Position numbers and translations under genes: made by a program. 64,000 nt of DNA from Bacteroidota bacterium. Lineage in GTDB: Bacteria; Bacteroidota; Bacteroidia; AKYH767-A; OLB10. How positions within the stretch are numbered: the first letter of the stretch is position 1; each line of letters starts with the position of its first letter. The notes under the pieces were generated by a model. That model made no database searches. It was not told the origin of the DNA and worked only from the letters and a program-made list of their open reading frames with translations. The stretch covers positions 19,969 to 83,968 of the forward strand of contig JADJOZ010000007.1 of the NCBI GenBank assembly GCA_016713525.1, given 5' to 3'. Positions 20,663 to 30,338 of this stretch are shown here, piece after piece.

Positions 20663-21119
20663 ATAAAGCTAAAACACCCCCTATTTGCCCATTCCATGGA
20701 GCTGCAGTTAATGTTCCCGTAACGGTAACATTTGTATAGGAAGGTACCCGGACCAATTGCAATGACCCTGTGGCAGTATAAGAATTCAAAAGTTTAGTAT
20801 TCAGGACTAAACTACCTGTTGAGACACTCTTAACAGTAGAAAATTCATAATTTCCTGAATTTCCATGATTAAGAACTGAGCCAAAATTACTTGTATTGCT
20901 AACATCAATTGTTGCACCTTTCATTTGAATAAGCAACACGGTATCATCTACACTAAAACCAGCCGTGGAAGTAACATAAAGTGAGTCAATGCAGTTTCCT
21001 CCTCCAAGCTGATTCACTTTAACATAATGATTTATCACTCCCGATATATTGGTATTTTGCGAATAAACCGGGATGCTCCAAAAAGCTAAGCAACTTAATA
21101 TGTAAAAAATCCGGGCCAT
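20631..21119 (-). CDS. N-terminal signal-peptide segment of the same surface-protein gene
   Basis: MARIFYILSCLAFWSIPVYSQ signal peptide, followed by a beta-rich T/S/N-rich region. Confidence 0.5.
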   Translation of the reverse strand: MARIFYILSCLAFWSIPVYSQNTNISGVINHYVKVNQLGGGNCIDSLYVTSTAGFSVDDTVLLIQMKGATIDVSNTSNFGSVLNHGNSGNYEFSTVKSVSTGSLVLNTKLLNSYTATGSLQLVRVPSYTNVTVTGTLTAAPWNGQIGGVLALFASRISYFKC

Positions 21120-21210
21120 ACTATTTCGATTAAAGGATTATTGGAAAATCTTAGGATCCTGAAGCAAATTTTGCCTTAAAAATACATATTAGATTTGTAA
21201 TTTCCAAACC

Positions 21211-22695
21211 CTATAACCATTCACCTAAAACAGCCAATCTCCATACCAGAACAGCTTTTGAATTATCACCGTTCTGATAGTCCTTAAAAATTTGCTTGAC
21301 TTTTGATTTATCGGTAAAATCGGGCAGTTTCCGGTGGTTCTCTACCAAATGCTTCAAGGGTCCCCGAAGCCATTTACTTTCTCCTGGAGTTACAAATCCC
21401 TTTTTATCTTTTCGGGCATAAATGGCTTCCGGAAGAAGTGGCTTTAGAGCTTCACGAAGAATGTACTTGGTATCCTGTTGTTTAATTTTGTCTTCATCAG
21501 CCAGTGTAAAGGCAAACTCCACTAATCTGTGATCAAGAAATGGAACCCTGGACTCAACTGAAAAAGCCATCGAATTCCTGTCTTCATACTGAAGTAATGA
21601 TGGAAGGCTTGTAGTAAAAAGCAAATGATAAAGGAAATTGTCGAGTTTAGAACCCGGCACTTTATCAAGCTGGAAAGCAGGATCATCAATGTTTGCACTA
21701 ACCAAAAAAGGGTAATAATTTTTAAATTCAAAATCATACAAGTATTGCTCATGCTTCATTGTTGAAAGCATTGATTTACCAAAATGCGAAATTGTTTTAA
21801 TCCCTGAATTACCAATTCGCTTGTTAACAGCAAATGTTTCAGTAATCGCATCAGCTAACTTTGCTTTTTGCAACATCCCTCCTATCAATCTGTAAAAAGA
21901 GTGCATATAACCGGCAAGGTATTCATCGGAACCCTGCCCATCAAGTACAACTTTGATTCCCGATTCTGAAATTAATTTCATCAAAAAATACTGAGAAATA
22001 AATGATGAACCGGATGAGGGAGCATCCAGATGGTATGCAGCCTTATCAAAATGATTCCTGACATCATCATCGGTTGGAGAAAAATAAACCGGATCCACAT
22101 GTGGATATTTCTTCAATACTTCATTAATGAAAGGTCTTTCATCAACATCACCTTTACCTTCATAGAAAATACTGAAGCTCTTGTAAGGCAAACCCTCAGA
22201 AATTTTTTGTACCATAGCTACAATGGCACTGCTGTCAAGTCCACCACTCAAACAGCTACCAACCGGTACATCACTTCTTAAATGAATCTTTATACTATCG
22301 GCAAACAACTCATAAAACCTGGTCTTCTTTTCATCAAAACTTAGGTTAGCATACTTACCGGTTTCAGGTTTCCAGTATTGTTCCACTTTAACTTTTCCAT
22401 CTGAATAAAAAAGATTGCATGCAGCAGGAAGTGCTTTTACATATTTAAAATATGTTTCATCATTATAACCTAACCATCCCATTTGCAATCCACGTGCCAC
22501 CTGGTTTATATTCAGATCATTTTTAAAGTGTGGTGAAGCTTTCAGAGTTTTTATCTCACTGGCAAAATAAAATGTACTTCCAGTATGAATATAGTAAAAT
22601 GGTTTAATTCCAAAACGATCGCGACTGACAAAAAGTTCCTTGGTAGTTTTATTATAAATTACAAAGCCCACATTCCAACAAAATGATTCACACAT
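21211..22695 (-). CDS. asnB: Asparagine synthetase (glutamine-hydrolysing) family amidotransferase, synthetase domain (C-terminal part); frameshift near 22670
   Basis: The SGGLDSS PP-loop ATP-pyrophosphatase motif is present. It continues the N-terminal glutaminase domain ORF. Confidence 0.75.
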   Translation of the reverse strand: MCESFCWNVGFVIYNKTTKELFVSRDRFGIKPFYYIHTGSTFYFASEIKTLKASPHFKNDLNINQVARGLQMGWLGYNDETYFKYVKALPAACNLFYSDGKVKVEQYWKPETGKYANLSFDEKKTRFYELFADSIKIHLRSDVPVGSCLSGGLDSSAIVAMVQKISEGLPYKSFSIFYEGKGDVDERPFINEVLKKYPHVDPVYFSPTDDDVRNHFDKAAYHLDAPSSGSSFISQYFLMKLISESGIKVVLDGQGSDEYLAGYMHSFYRLIGGMLQKAKLADAITETFAVNKRIGNSGIKTISHFGKSMLSTMKHEQYLYDFEFKNYYPFLVSANIDDPAFQLDKVPGSKLDNFLYHLLFTTSLPSLLQYEDRNSMAFSVESRVPFLDHRLVEFAFTLADEDKIKQQDTKYILREALKPLLPEAIYARKDKKGFVTPGESKWLRGPLKHLVENHRKLPDFTDKSKVKQIFKDYQNGDNSKAVLVWRLAVLGEWL

Positions 22696-23033
22696 GCGCT
22701 ACCCCATTCTTCATAAGCATGTAAAATGACTTCAGAATCGGAATGCGTATGAAACTGGTGACCCTTTTGCAGGAGCAGTTGTTTTATCTCCACATAATTA
22801 TATATTTCACCATTATAAACCATGGTGAAATTCTTATAGTGCATTGGCTGATTGGCAGCCTCTGTCAGGTCAATAATGCTGAGTCGGTTGTGTCCGAGAA
22901 AAATATGATCATCATTCCAAATTCCGGTATCATCGGGACCACGATGGTGTTGAATATGAAGCATCTGATCCAATAACCGGGAATTATCGGATGAAGGTTG
23001 AGTTTGATCGAGTATGCCGGCTATTCCGCACAT
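22659..23033 (-). CDS. asnB: AsnB-family amidotransferase, N-terminal class II glutamine amidotransferase domain
   Basis: MCGIAGI N-terminal nucleophile Cys2, then RGPDDTG and HNRLSIID. Confidence 0.75.
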   Translation of the reverse strand: MCGIAGILDQTQPSSDNSRLLDQMLHIQHHRGPDDTGIWNDDHIFLGHNRLSIIDLTEAANQPMHYKNFTMVYNGEIYNYVEIKQLLLQKGHQFHTHSDSEVILHAYEEWGSACVNHFVGMWAL

Positions 23034-23488
23034 TGGATAATCAGGTAATTAGGTAATGTGTTGATGGTACCGGAGCGCAGATATGAAGGGGTGTAGAATG
23101 GAAGGAAAGCTGCTTCAGGAAGCTAATTGCCATTTCCCTCAACTGACATCTTCGATTAATTGCTAACAAACCCTCTTGTCAACATGCCACCACGCCCACT
23201 TAGTCTTCAACACTTAATTTATCCACAAAAGTAATCAAAAACCAAATAATGAATTAAATCAATCAACATATCTCTTCTTTCTCATACCGGGCACCTCTTT
23301 TACTTCCAATTTAAGAGAATAAATCTGGATATCGAGCGAACTTGTGTGGATTTTGGTATTTAACTGGCATGCCCTTATGAATTGATAAATCGTGGGCTAA
23401 ACATCAAATAGGCATTAAAAATACGCTCGTATAAGTTGGATACTTAAAAGAATAGTCTATTTTTCAGAATCCTTTGAACGTTCTGCAA

Positions 23489-24436
23489 TTATTTCTTTTG
23501 CTGCTCTCTTAAAATTAAAAAGTCTTTAATAGCCATAGCAGGATTACCAATCACCACTTCATTATCAGCGACATCTTTAGTCACCACACTTCCCAGCCCA
23601 ACGGTACTGTTTCTACCAAGTTTAATTGCATTGCGTATGGTACCGGCTGGAGCAACCCAGCTATTAGGACCAATTTCAACACTACCTGCAATCATTGAAC
23701 ATGCAATTATCAATGAGTATTCACCAATCACAACATTATGTGCAATGTGCACCAGGTTGTCAATTTTAACTCCTTTTCCGATGATGGTATCAGACAACGA
23801 TCCTCTGTCGATACACGTATTATTTCCTATTTCAACATAATCATTAAGCACCACTCTTCCATAATGTGGAAACAATTCAATATCGCCGGAGTCAAGTTTA
23901 TTGTAACCAAACCCATATCCACCAATTGTATTGTTTGATCCAATTTTCACATAATTTCCAATGCTGGAATTATTGATAACGGTATTGGCCAAAATTGTGC
24001 AACTATTGCCAATTACAGAAGTAGCATCAATATAAACGTTGGCTCCTAACTTAACACAATTTCCGATCACAGCTCCAGGTTCAATTACAGCAGAAGGGTG
24101 AATTTCGCTAGAAGAATTTGGTTTTTCGAAATCTAAAAATTTCACACAATAGTCAACAAGGATTTTCTTGGGATTGTCGTGAAATAAAAATGCTTTGCCC
24201 TCAACATTAATGTCAGTATTCATAAAGCTTTCAGGCATAATGATCAACTTACATTTTGTATTGGCAAGTAGCTGCGTGACATCTTTAAGATATTTTACCG
24301 TTATCATTGAAATGTTAGAATCATCACATAAATCAATAGCCCTGGGCAAATTAATTTCATGATGATTATCTAATCCGAAATTTCGGGTAGTAAAACCGTT
24401 GCTTACATGCCAGTTGATGATTTCAATAAGTTTCAC
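23489..24436 (-). CDS. LpxD-like left-handed beta-helix (hexapeptide-repeat) N-acyltransferase
   Basis: N-terminal LpxD-like domain followed by many hexapeptide repeats ([LIV]G.N..I). It is 315 aa. Confidence 0.55.
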   Translation of the reverse strand: MKLIEIINWHVSNGFTTRNFGLDNHHEINLPRAIDLCDDSNISMITVKYLKDVTQLLANTKCKLIIMPESFMNTDINVEGKAFLFHDNPKKILVDYCVKFLDFEKPNSSSEIHPSAVIEPGAVIGNCVKLGANVYIDATSVIGNSCTILANTVINNSSIGNYVKIGSNNTIGGYGFGYNKLDSGDIELFPHYGRVVLNDYVEIGNNTCIDRGSLSDTIIGKGVKIDNLVHIAHNVVIGEYSLIIACSMIAGSVEIGPNSWVAPAGTIRNAIKLGRNSTVGLGSVVTKDVADNEVVIGNPAMAIKDFLILREQQKK

Positions 24437-24448
24437 AGGATATATATT

Positions 24449-25090
24449 TTAAGCTGATATCATTCTTATCAATTCAAATGATTCGGCATATTTTTTCATG
24501 ATTTGACCGCCTCTTAAAATTGCCAGTGAACGGATGAATTCAGGATTACTGTATAAACGAAACCCCTGTGATTTATATAAATTGATTGCATCAATATTGC
24601 TTTGAATATGCGATTCTTCAAGCACATTATAAACAAAGGAATTAAAACCAAAATTATTCCATGGCATTTCATATCCTAACAAATTGTTGAATTTAAATGC
24701 CCTCTTACCTTCTTCATAAATGGTTTTGTGGTCCTGATGGATATCACTTGAACTTGGAATAAACACCAGATCTGGTTTTATTTTATTCCTCTGTACAATT
24801 ATTTCTTCAAGGATTTGCTGCCGGTGAGCCGGGAAATCGCGCACTGCAAAATCATAAACGATCAAGTTTTCTCTTGGCACGCCCAAAGAAGCGAGAGATG
24901 CGTACATTTCTTTTTCAATGGTTCCAACTTCGAAACCATCTGGAGTACTTTTTTCGCATAAACTATAAACAATGATGAAAACCTCCTTTTTTTGTGCAAT
25001 CAATTTAGCAATGGTGCCTCCCAAACCGAATTCAGCATCATCGGGATGAGGAGCCAGCACCAATATTCTGTTCACTTCGTTAAATATCAT
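24449..25090 (-). CDS. PIG-L/LmbE family N-acetylglucosaminyl deacetylase
   Basis: The AP(HPDDAE)FGLGGTIAK zinc-binding signature. Confidence 0.7.
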   Translation of the reverse strand: MIFNEVNRILVLAPHPDDAEFGLGGTIAKLIAQKKEVFIIVYSLCEKSTPDGFEVGTIEKEMYASLASLGVPRENLIVYDFAVRDFPAHRQQILEEIIVQRNKIKPDLVFIPSSSDIHQDHKTIYEEGKRAFKFNNLLGYEMPWNNFGFNSFVYNVLEESHIQSNIDAINLYKSQGFRLYSNPEFIRSLAILRGGQIMKKYAESFELIRMISA

Positions 25091-25583
25091 TTTTTATCGT
25101 TTTTATTATTTGCTCACAAATAAATTCAGCACTTCTGCCATCGCCAAAAATTTGAGGAAATCCAATTACCTTGTTTTCCATAAAATGTTTTGTGCCTTCA
25201 CACAATAAATCAAAGTTATTTCCAACCAATCTGGCGTTTCCCGATTTCACCAGTTCCACCCAGGGGGTTTCTTCCAACATAATCAAGCATGGCTTTTCCA
25301 TAAAATACGCTTCTTTTTGAACACCACCTGAGTCGGTAATAACCATATCGGAATACTTTTCAAGTCCGATCATCTCTATGAAGGAGACAGCGGGAATAGC
25401 AAACAAACCTGATTTATTCATCATTGCTGATAAGTCCTGGTTCGAATCAATTAGAATTCGAGTGCGTGGATGAATCGGAAAAATAATCATTTTCTTCAAT
25501 ACATCAATCGAGTAATGAAAAAATCTCAAAATCTCCATAAGGTTTTGAGGATCATCGACGTTCGAAGGCCTGTGTGCGGTCAC
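25080..25583 (-). CDS. wecB: UDP-N-acetylglucosamine 2-epimerase (non-hydrolysing), C-terminal part; frameshift near 25560-25580
   Basis: TAHRPSNVDD then VITDSGGVQKEAYF, characteristic of WecB/NeuC. Confidence 0.7.
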   Translation of the reverse strand: MTAHRPSNVDDPQNLMEILRFFHYSIDVLKKMIIFPIHPRTRILIDSNQDLSAMMNKSGLFAIPAVSFIEMIGLEKYSDMVITDSGGVQKEAYFMEKPCLIMLEETPWVELVKSGNARLVGNNFDLLCEGTKHFMENKVIGFPQIFGDGRSAEFICEQIIKTIKNDI

Positions 25584-26256
25584 TAAAAAAGTAGTTACTA
25601 AGCGGAAGATTCAAAGCTTCACATAAATTCTTGAAGTATGAATCAGCCTTATCTCTAAAATACAGCGTATTATCATACATAATATCACCACACCGGTAAA
25701 CTCTTGGAGAATTTAACAATAAAGCAGAAGATTCTTTAATTTCTAATGAAAATCCTTCCTTTTCTAAACATACCATACCATCATCAGATGGAACAAAGAG
25801 CATTGAGGAAGTGTGATCACATATTAGCCGATTCACTTCTTCAGGAAATATTTTATTGTAAGATCTAACGCCTGCTTCTACATGAATAACAGGTATGTGT
25901 CGCTTCACTCCTACCAGGCATGCTGCCAGTGTTGAGTTGGTATCTCCATAAAGCAGAATTGCATCGGGCTTTTCAGTCTCCACCACATCATCAACGGCAA
26001 TCATTATTTTAGCAGTTTGATGTGCATGGTTTGATGACCCTACATTTAAATTATATTTTTCTTTTGGAATCTTTAATTCCGTAAAAAACACATCCGACAT
26101 ATTGGCGTCATAATGTTGGCCGGTATGCACAATTACTTCTTCAATACTATTCGAAAAGTTGGCAGCAATAGCTCTGCTGATGGCTGCTGATTTAATGAAC
26201 TGTGGACGAGCTCCTACTATGGTTAGTAATTTAATCATGTTTAATCTGATCATCAA
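25552..26256 (-). CDS. wecB: UDP-N-acetylglucosamine 2-epimerase, N-terminal part
   Basis: KLLTIVGARPQFIKSAA...HTGQHYD...LLYGDTNSTLA. Confidence 0.7.
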   Translation of the reverse strand: MMIRLNMIKLLTIVGARPQFIKSAAISRAIAANFSNSIEEVIVHTGQHYDANMSDVFFTELKIPKEKYNLNVGSSNHAHQTAKIMIAVDDVVETEKPDAILLYGDTNSTLAACLVGVKRHIPVIHVEAGVRSYNKIFPEEVNRLICDHTSSMLFVPSDDGMVCLEKEGFSLEIKESSALLLNSPRVYRCGDIMYDNTLYFRDKADSYFKNLCEALNLPLSNYFFSDRTQAFERR

Positions 26257-27540
26257 GTAATGCGACCAGTCGTTTGGTTAAGTTTTTGTAAGAAAATTGT
26301 TCAACATTTACTGAATTGCATACATTAGAATTATTTCGAAATTTAGTATAAAATTTGGTAACGGAATTTTTTATCGAACCGAAGTCACCAAATTCACACA
26401 CATCACCTGCGGCACATTCATTCAAAATACCAGCTGCATCACCGTTTGCAGGACCAATCAATAAAATTGGCCGGTTTGCCTGAAGGTATTCAAATATTTT
26501 TCCCGAAACCACAAATTCAGGATTTTCAATTCTGTCGATGGGCAACAATAATACCTGAGCCGATCGTTGATATGATTTAGCAGTGTTGTGATCGACATGA
26601 TGAATATGATTAAGAAAATTATTAAGCCCATATTTTTCGAGAGACTTTAAAACAACATCCGCCACGTTACCAACTAACTTTATTTCGAGATCTCTTGCAA
26701 ACTGAGGATCTGCCTTTTGCATCTCACCAAGTACAGCCCAAAGATCATTACAGTTTCTGTTATGTAAGAAACTGCCAACATGTACTATCGTGAATTTAGT
26801 ATCAAGTTCAGACACTTCTTTACTTGATAGTTCACCCTCAAACCCATTGTGAAGAACGCTGCAGTTAACATTATATTTCTCGCGAAACTCAGTTTGTATA
26901 GCATTTCCAACTACCAAAACAAGATTTGAATTTAATATCACATCTTTTTCCATTTGGGCATGTTTCTGCATTGCAAAACCCGACAAATTCATTTTCTTCA
27001 AATAATCCATGCTGGTCCACGGGTCTCTGAAATCGGAGATCCAGGGAATATTAAATTCCTTATGAAGTTTGTATCCAATCAGATGTGTACTGTGTGGTGG
27101 ACCGGTTGTAATTATTACATCCACAGGATTAGTTGCAAGTAATTTGCTAAGGTAGTTGAAAGAGGGTTTAATCCAGAATTTACGTGCATCGGGTATAAAA
27201 AAATTACCCCTGATAACCCACAAAAGCTTTTTGAATAACGAATGATCAACATCCGACTGTTGCTGCATCTTGTAAATGTTTTTCGATTTACTGCTTCTGT
27301 TGCTGAACAAAGTGAGCAAATTATTGGGTTCGGGAACTTTCACACGATGCACTTCTATTCCTTGTGGCACCTTTCCCAGTAAATTAGAATCCAGAATTGG
27401 GTATTGAGCATCCCTGGCAGTAAATATCGAAGGAGTCCAGCCGAATGAAGGTAAATTTTTTAGAGAACTGGATCCACCGATGTACACCTATTCCACCCGC
27501 TGGGGGCCAGTAATAGGTAATGATCAGCACTTTCCTTGGG
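26231..27540 (-). CDS. GT4-family (GT-B fold) glycosyltransferase; true start around 27540, separated from the main ORF by a frameshift in a T6 run (27466-27471 on the + strand)
   Basis: The main ORF 26231..27487 has the EX7E-type C-terminal region (GKIFEYLQANRPILLIGP). The upstream short frame encodes MIITYYWPPAGGIGVHRW, a GT4-like N-terminus. Confidence 0.6.
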
Positions 27541-27541
27541 T

Positions 27542-29974
27542 TCATGATACGGAGCGCTTATCATTAGAACCTGAATTTCGTAATTCCATAAACACACCGC
27601 CAACAAAAATCAGCAACACAAGTATGGATCCTGCAAGTGCAATTTTCTCTCCAGTGTAATAGGTTTTAGGTTCAAACTTAAATTCAATGGTGTGATTTCC
27701 AGCAGGTATTTTCATTGCCCGCAGCACATAATTAGCTCTTAAATGAGGAACAGGTTTGCCATCGATATAAGCATTCCAACCTTTATCATAATAGATTTCT
27801 GAAAACACGGCCAATTGATTACTTTGCAATTTAGTTGTATAAGTAAGATGATTTGCCTTATAAGCAGTAAGTTTGATTACTCCTGTAGAATCATACTGTG
27901 GATTAAATCCTGCAAGTTGATCTTTAAATCTTACATCAATAATTGCAGTTTGCGAAGGAACGAAATCAGTCAGCGCTGTAATTTCAGAATCGGCATTGGC
28001 AACCAGTTTAAATTCTTTCACAAACCAGGCTGGTCCAAGTGCCCCGGGATTCCTTTGTGGCAATGGGCGATTTGTTTCGCGGTCAGGAACAATAAAATAG
28101 CGGGTATTCAACATATCGAGTACAGCCATATTATTTCTGCTAATCTGATATTCGATCAATTCCTGATATCTCTTCAATTTTGCTCCGTGGTAACCACCAA
28201 TAGAGTTATGAAAATAGGAAGTACCTGCATCATTAAAAGTGCTTACCGACATATTCATCACTCTGTAACCGGGTTCTTTGTCCTGCAGTATAGCCAGATC
28301 AGCATCTGATGGCTGGAAAGGTTGTTTCGCTTTAGAAGCAGAAACAAAATTGTCAGAATCAAGATACCGTTTGTCAACTACCCAAAGATCAACTAAAATA
28401 AACCCGGCAAGCAACCATACTGCCAAATGCTGTTTGATAGTTCCTTTGACTGTGAAATATAGTACTCCAAATGCTGCTGCTATAAAGAACAAAGACCTGA
28501 ATGCATCCATCCGTAAGGCAGACTGTCTGTCTTTCAGGAGTGCTTCCAATAGCCAGGGATAATCCTTATAATTTGCATCACCGGTTGAACTGAAATCGCC
28601 GGCAAGCGAAGGAACAATAAAATAAATTAAGCAAATACCTCCTGTAATATAAAATGAGTAAAGCAAAGCTTTATTCTTTTCAGCAGGAAGAATTTTACCA
28701 TCAAACAATTTCGCTAATGCCAGAATTCCAAGCAAGGGAACTGTAAATGCGAGCAAGGAAAGAATGATAGTTACTGCACGAAATTTGTTGTATCCCGGAA
28801 AATGATGAAAGAAAAATTCATTGAATCCCATGAAATTTTTTCCCCATGAAAGCATGATAAATAAAATTGTGGTAATTACAAGCCACCATTTATACTCACC
28901 CTTAACAAGGAACATTCCCACAACAAACAGAAAAATCATAATTGCACCCACATAAGTTGGACCGGCAGTAACCGACTGTTCTCCCCAATACATAGGAGCA
29001 TTTTGGGTGAAACGCTTAGCATTAGCCGCGTTTCCATTGTCAGCTAATGCCTGGTAGGTTGCTGAATTAGGACCTAGCTCTGAAGTACTGGAACCACCGT
29101 AGAAATCAGGTATTAACAAAGTCATAGTCTCATAAATCCCATAACTCCAGCTGAAGGCATAGTCCATATCGAGACCTGTACTAACGCTTTTTTCGGTTAG
29201 TTCAGATGGTCCGCGGGTTGTATCTTTCCCATATTCATAGGTAAGCATTAATCCGGTAATGTTAGGTAAGATGGCAAGTACTGCTGCTATCATTAACACG
29301 GCTGCTGCTTTAGCAAAATCAGGCAGTATTTTTTCTTTGATAGCAAATACCAATTTTACCAGCATCCACAAGCCTATGGCAATAGCCAGATAATACGTTA
29401 TCTGTAAGTGATTCGCATAAATTTGCAGTGAAAGTGCCATGGCAGTAATTGCACCACCAAGCAAGTATTTCTTGTTAAATGCAAATATAATTCCGGCTAT
29501 GACAAGAGGTATTAAAGCAATGGCATGCACTTTAGAATTATGTCCGGCCATAACTATGATCAGATTATACGATGAAAAAGCAAAAGCCAGAGCTCCCGCA
29601 AATGCCATTTTAAAATCAATTTTCATTGATAGAAGCAACAGATAAAACCCAATTAAAGCAACAAAAATGTATGCAACAGGAACTGGTAACCCCAAAAACA
29701 GCACATCATTTACATATTTGATAAGGTTCGCAGGATAAAGAACTGAAATCTGATATGCAGGCATTCCTCCGAACATCGAGCGGGTCCAAAGTGGTTCTTC
29801 CTTGTATTTTTCACGAAAATCAACAATCTCCTTCGACATTCCCTCCCATTGGGCGATATCATGCTGTTCAATTACTTTTCCTTCCAGTACCGGAAAAAAG
29901 TAAGCAAGAGAAATAGCAATGAATGCGAGTACCACAAGCAGGTGTGGTAATAATTTCTTGAAATCAATATTCAT
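27542..29974 (-). CDS. YfhO-family polytopic membrane protein (putative lipid-linked glycan transferase)
   Basis: It is 810 aa with about 14 TM helices N-terminally and a large C-terminal extracytoplasmic domain, the YfhO architecture. Confidence 0.6.
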   Translation of the reverse strand: MNIDFKKLLPHLLVVLAFIAISLAYFFPVLEGKVIEQHDIAQWEGMSKEIVDFREKYKEEPLWTRSMFGGMPAYQISVLYPANLIKYVNDVLFLGLPVPVAYIFVALIGFYLLLLSMKIDFKMAFAGALAFAFSSYNLIIVMAGHNSKVHAIALIPLVIAGIIFAFNKKYLLGGAITAMALSLQIYANHLQITYYLAIAIGLWMLVKLVFAIKEKILPDFAKAAAVLMIAAVLAILPNITGLMLTYEYGKDTTRGPSELTEKSVSTGLDMDYAFSWSYGIYETMTLLIPDFYGGSSTSELGPNSATYQALADNGNAANAKRFTQNAPMYWGEQSVTAGPTYVGAIMIFLFVVGMFLVKGEYKWWLVITTILFIMLSWGKNFMGFNEFFFHHFPGYNKFRAVTIILSLLAFTVPLLGILALAKLFDGKILPAEKNKALLYSFYITGGICLIYFIVPSLAGDFSSTGDANYKDYPWLLEALLKDRQSALRMDAFRSLFFIAAAFGVLYFTVKGTIKQHLAVWLLAGFILVDLWVVDKRYLDSDNFVSASKAKQPFQPSDADLAILQDKEPGYRVMNMSVSTFNDAGTSYFHNSIGGYHGAKLKRYQELIEYQISRNNMAVLDMLNTRYFIVPDRETNRPLPQRNPGALGPAWFVKEFKLVANADSEITALTDFVPSQTAIIDVRFKDQLAGFNPQYDSTGVIKLTAYKANHLTYTTKLQSNQLAVFSEIYYDKGWNAYIDGKPVPHLRANYVLRAMKIPAGNHTIEFKFEPKTYYTGEKIALAGSILVLLIFVGGVFMELRNSGSNDKRSVS

Positions 29975-30065
29975 ACTTTACCGGTTTTGTGGATAACTAC
30001 AGGATTGAAAATTACAGAAAATATTACAATTTCAGGATTGAAATCAGTTCGGACCAATAAGGAAA

Positions 30066-30311
30066 TTATTTAACTTCTTCATAATCAACATATTCGCCAC
30101 CTTGACCTGTGTTTCCGGACTTAGGATTTTGCTTTTGTTGAACAGAAATATGACCTTCAGGAACTTCTTGTTGCGCCTGACCGGGGTACCGCTTTTTCAT
30201 TTCGTTTTCCATTTTCTGATTCAGGTTATTGAAAGTGGAAACAACGAATAATCTAGCGAACATTCGCAGCGCAAAAAAAATCAGAACAAGAACAATCAGA
30301 AATTTAAGCAT
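30066..30311 (-). CDS. DUF4834-like small membrane protein
   Basis: A single N-terminal TM helix (MLKFLIVLVLIFFAL) and a Q/G-rich acidic tail. It is 81 aa. Confidence 0.5.
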   Translation of the reverse strand: MLKFLIVLVLIFFALRMFARLFVVSTFNNLNQKMENEMKKRYPGQAQQEVPEGHISVQQKQNPKSGNTGQGGEYVDYEEVK

Positions 30312-30338
30312 GACCGAAAGTTAAAAATTAATAAATAA

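Noticed and set aside
23034-23488. 455 bp intergenic region checked for tRNA or ncRNA
   Set aside because: There is no cloverleaf-compatible inverted repeats or conserved tRNA boxes. It is probably a promoter region for asnB.
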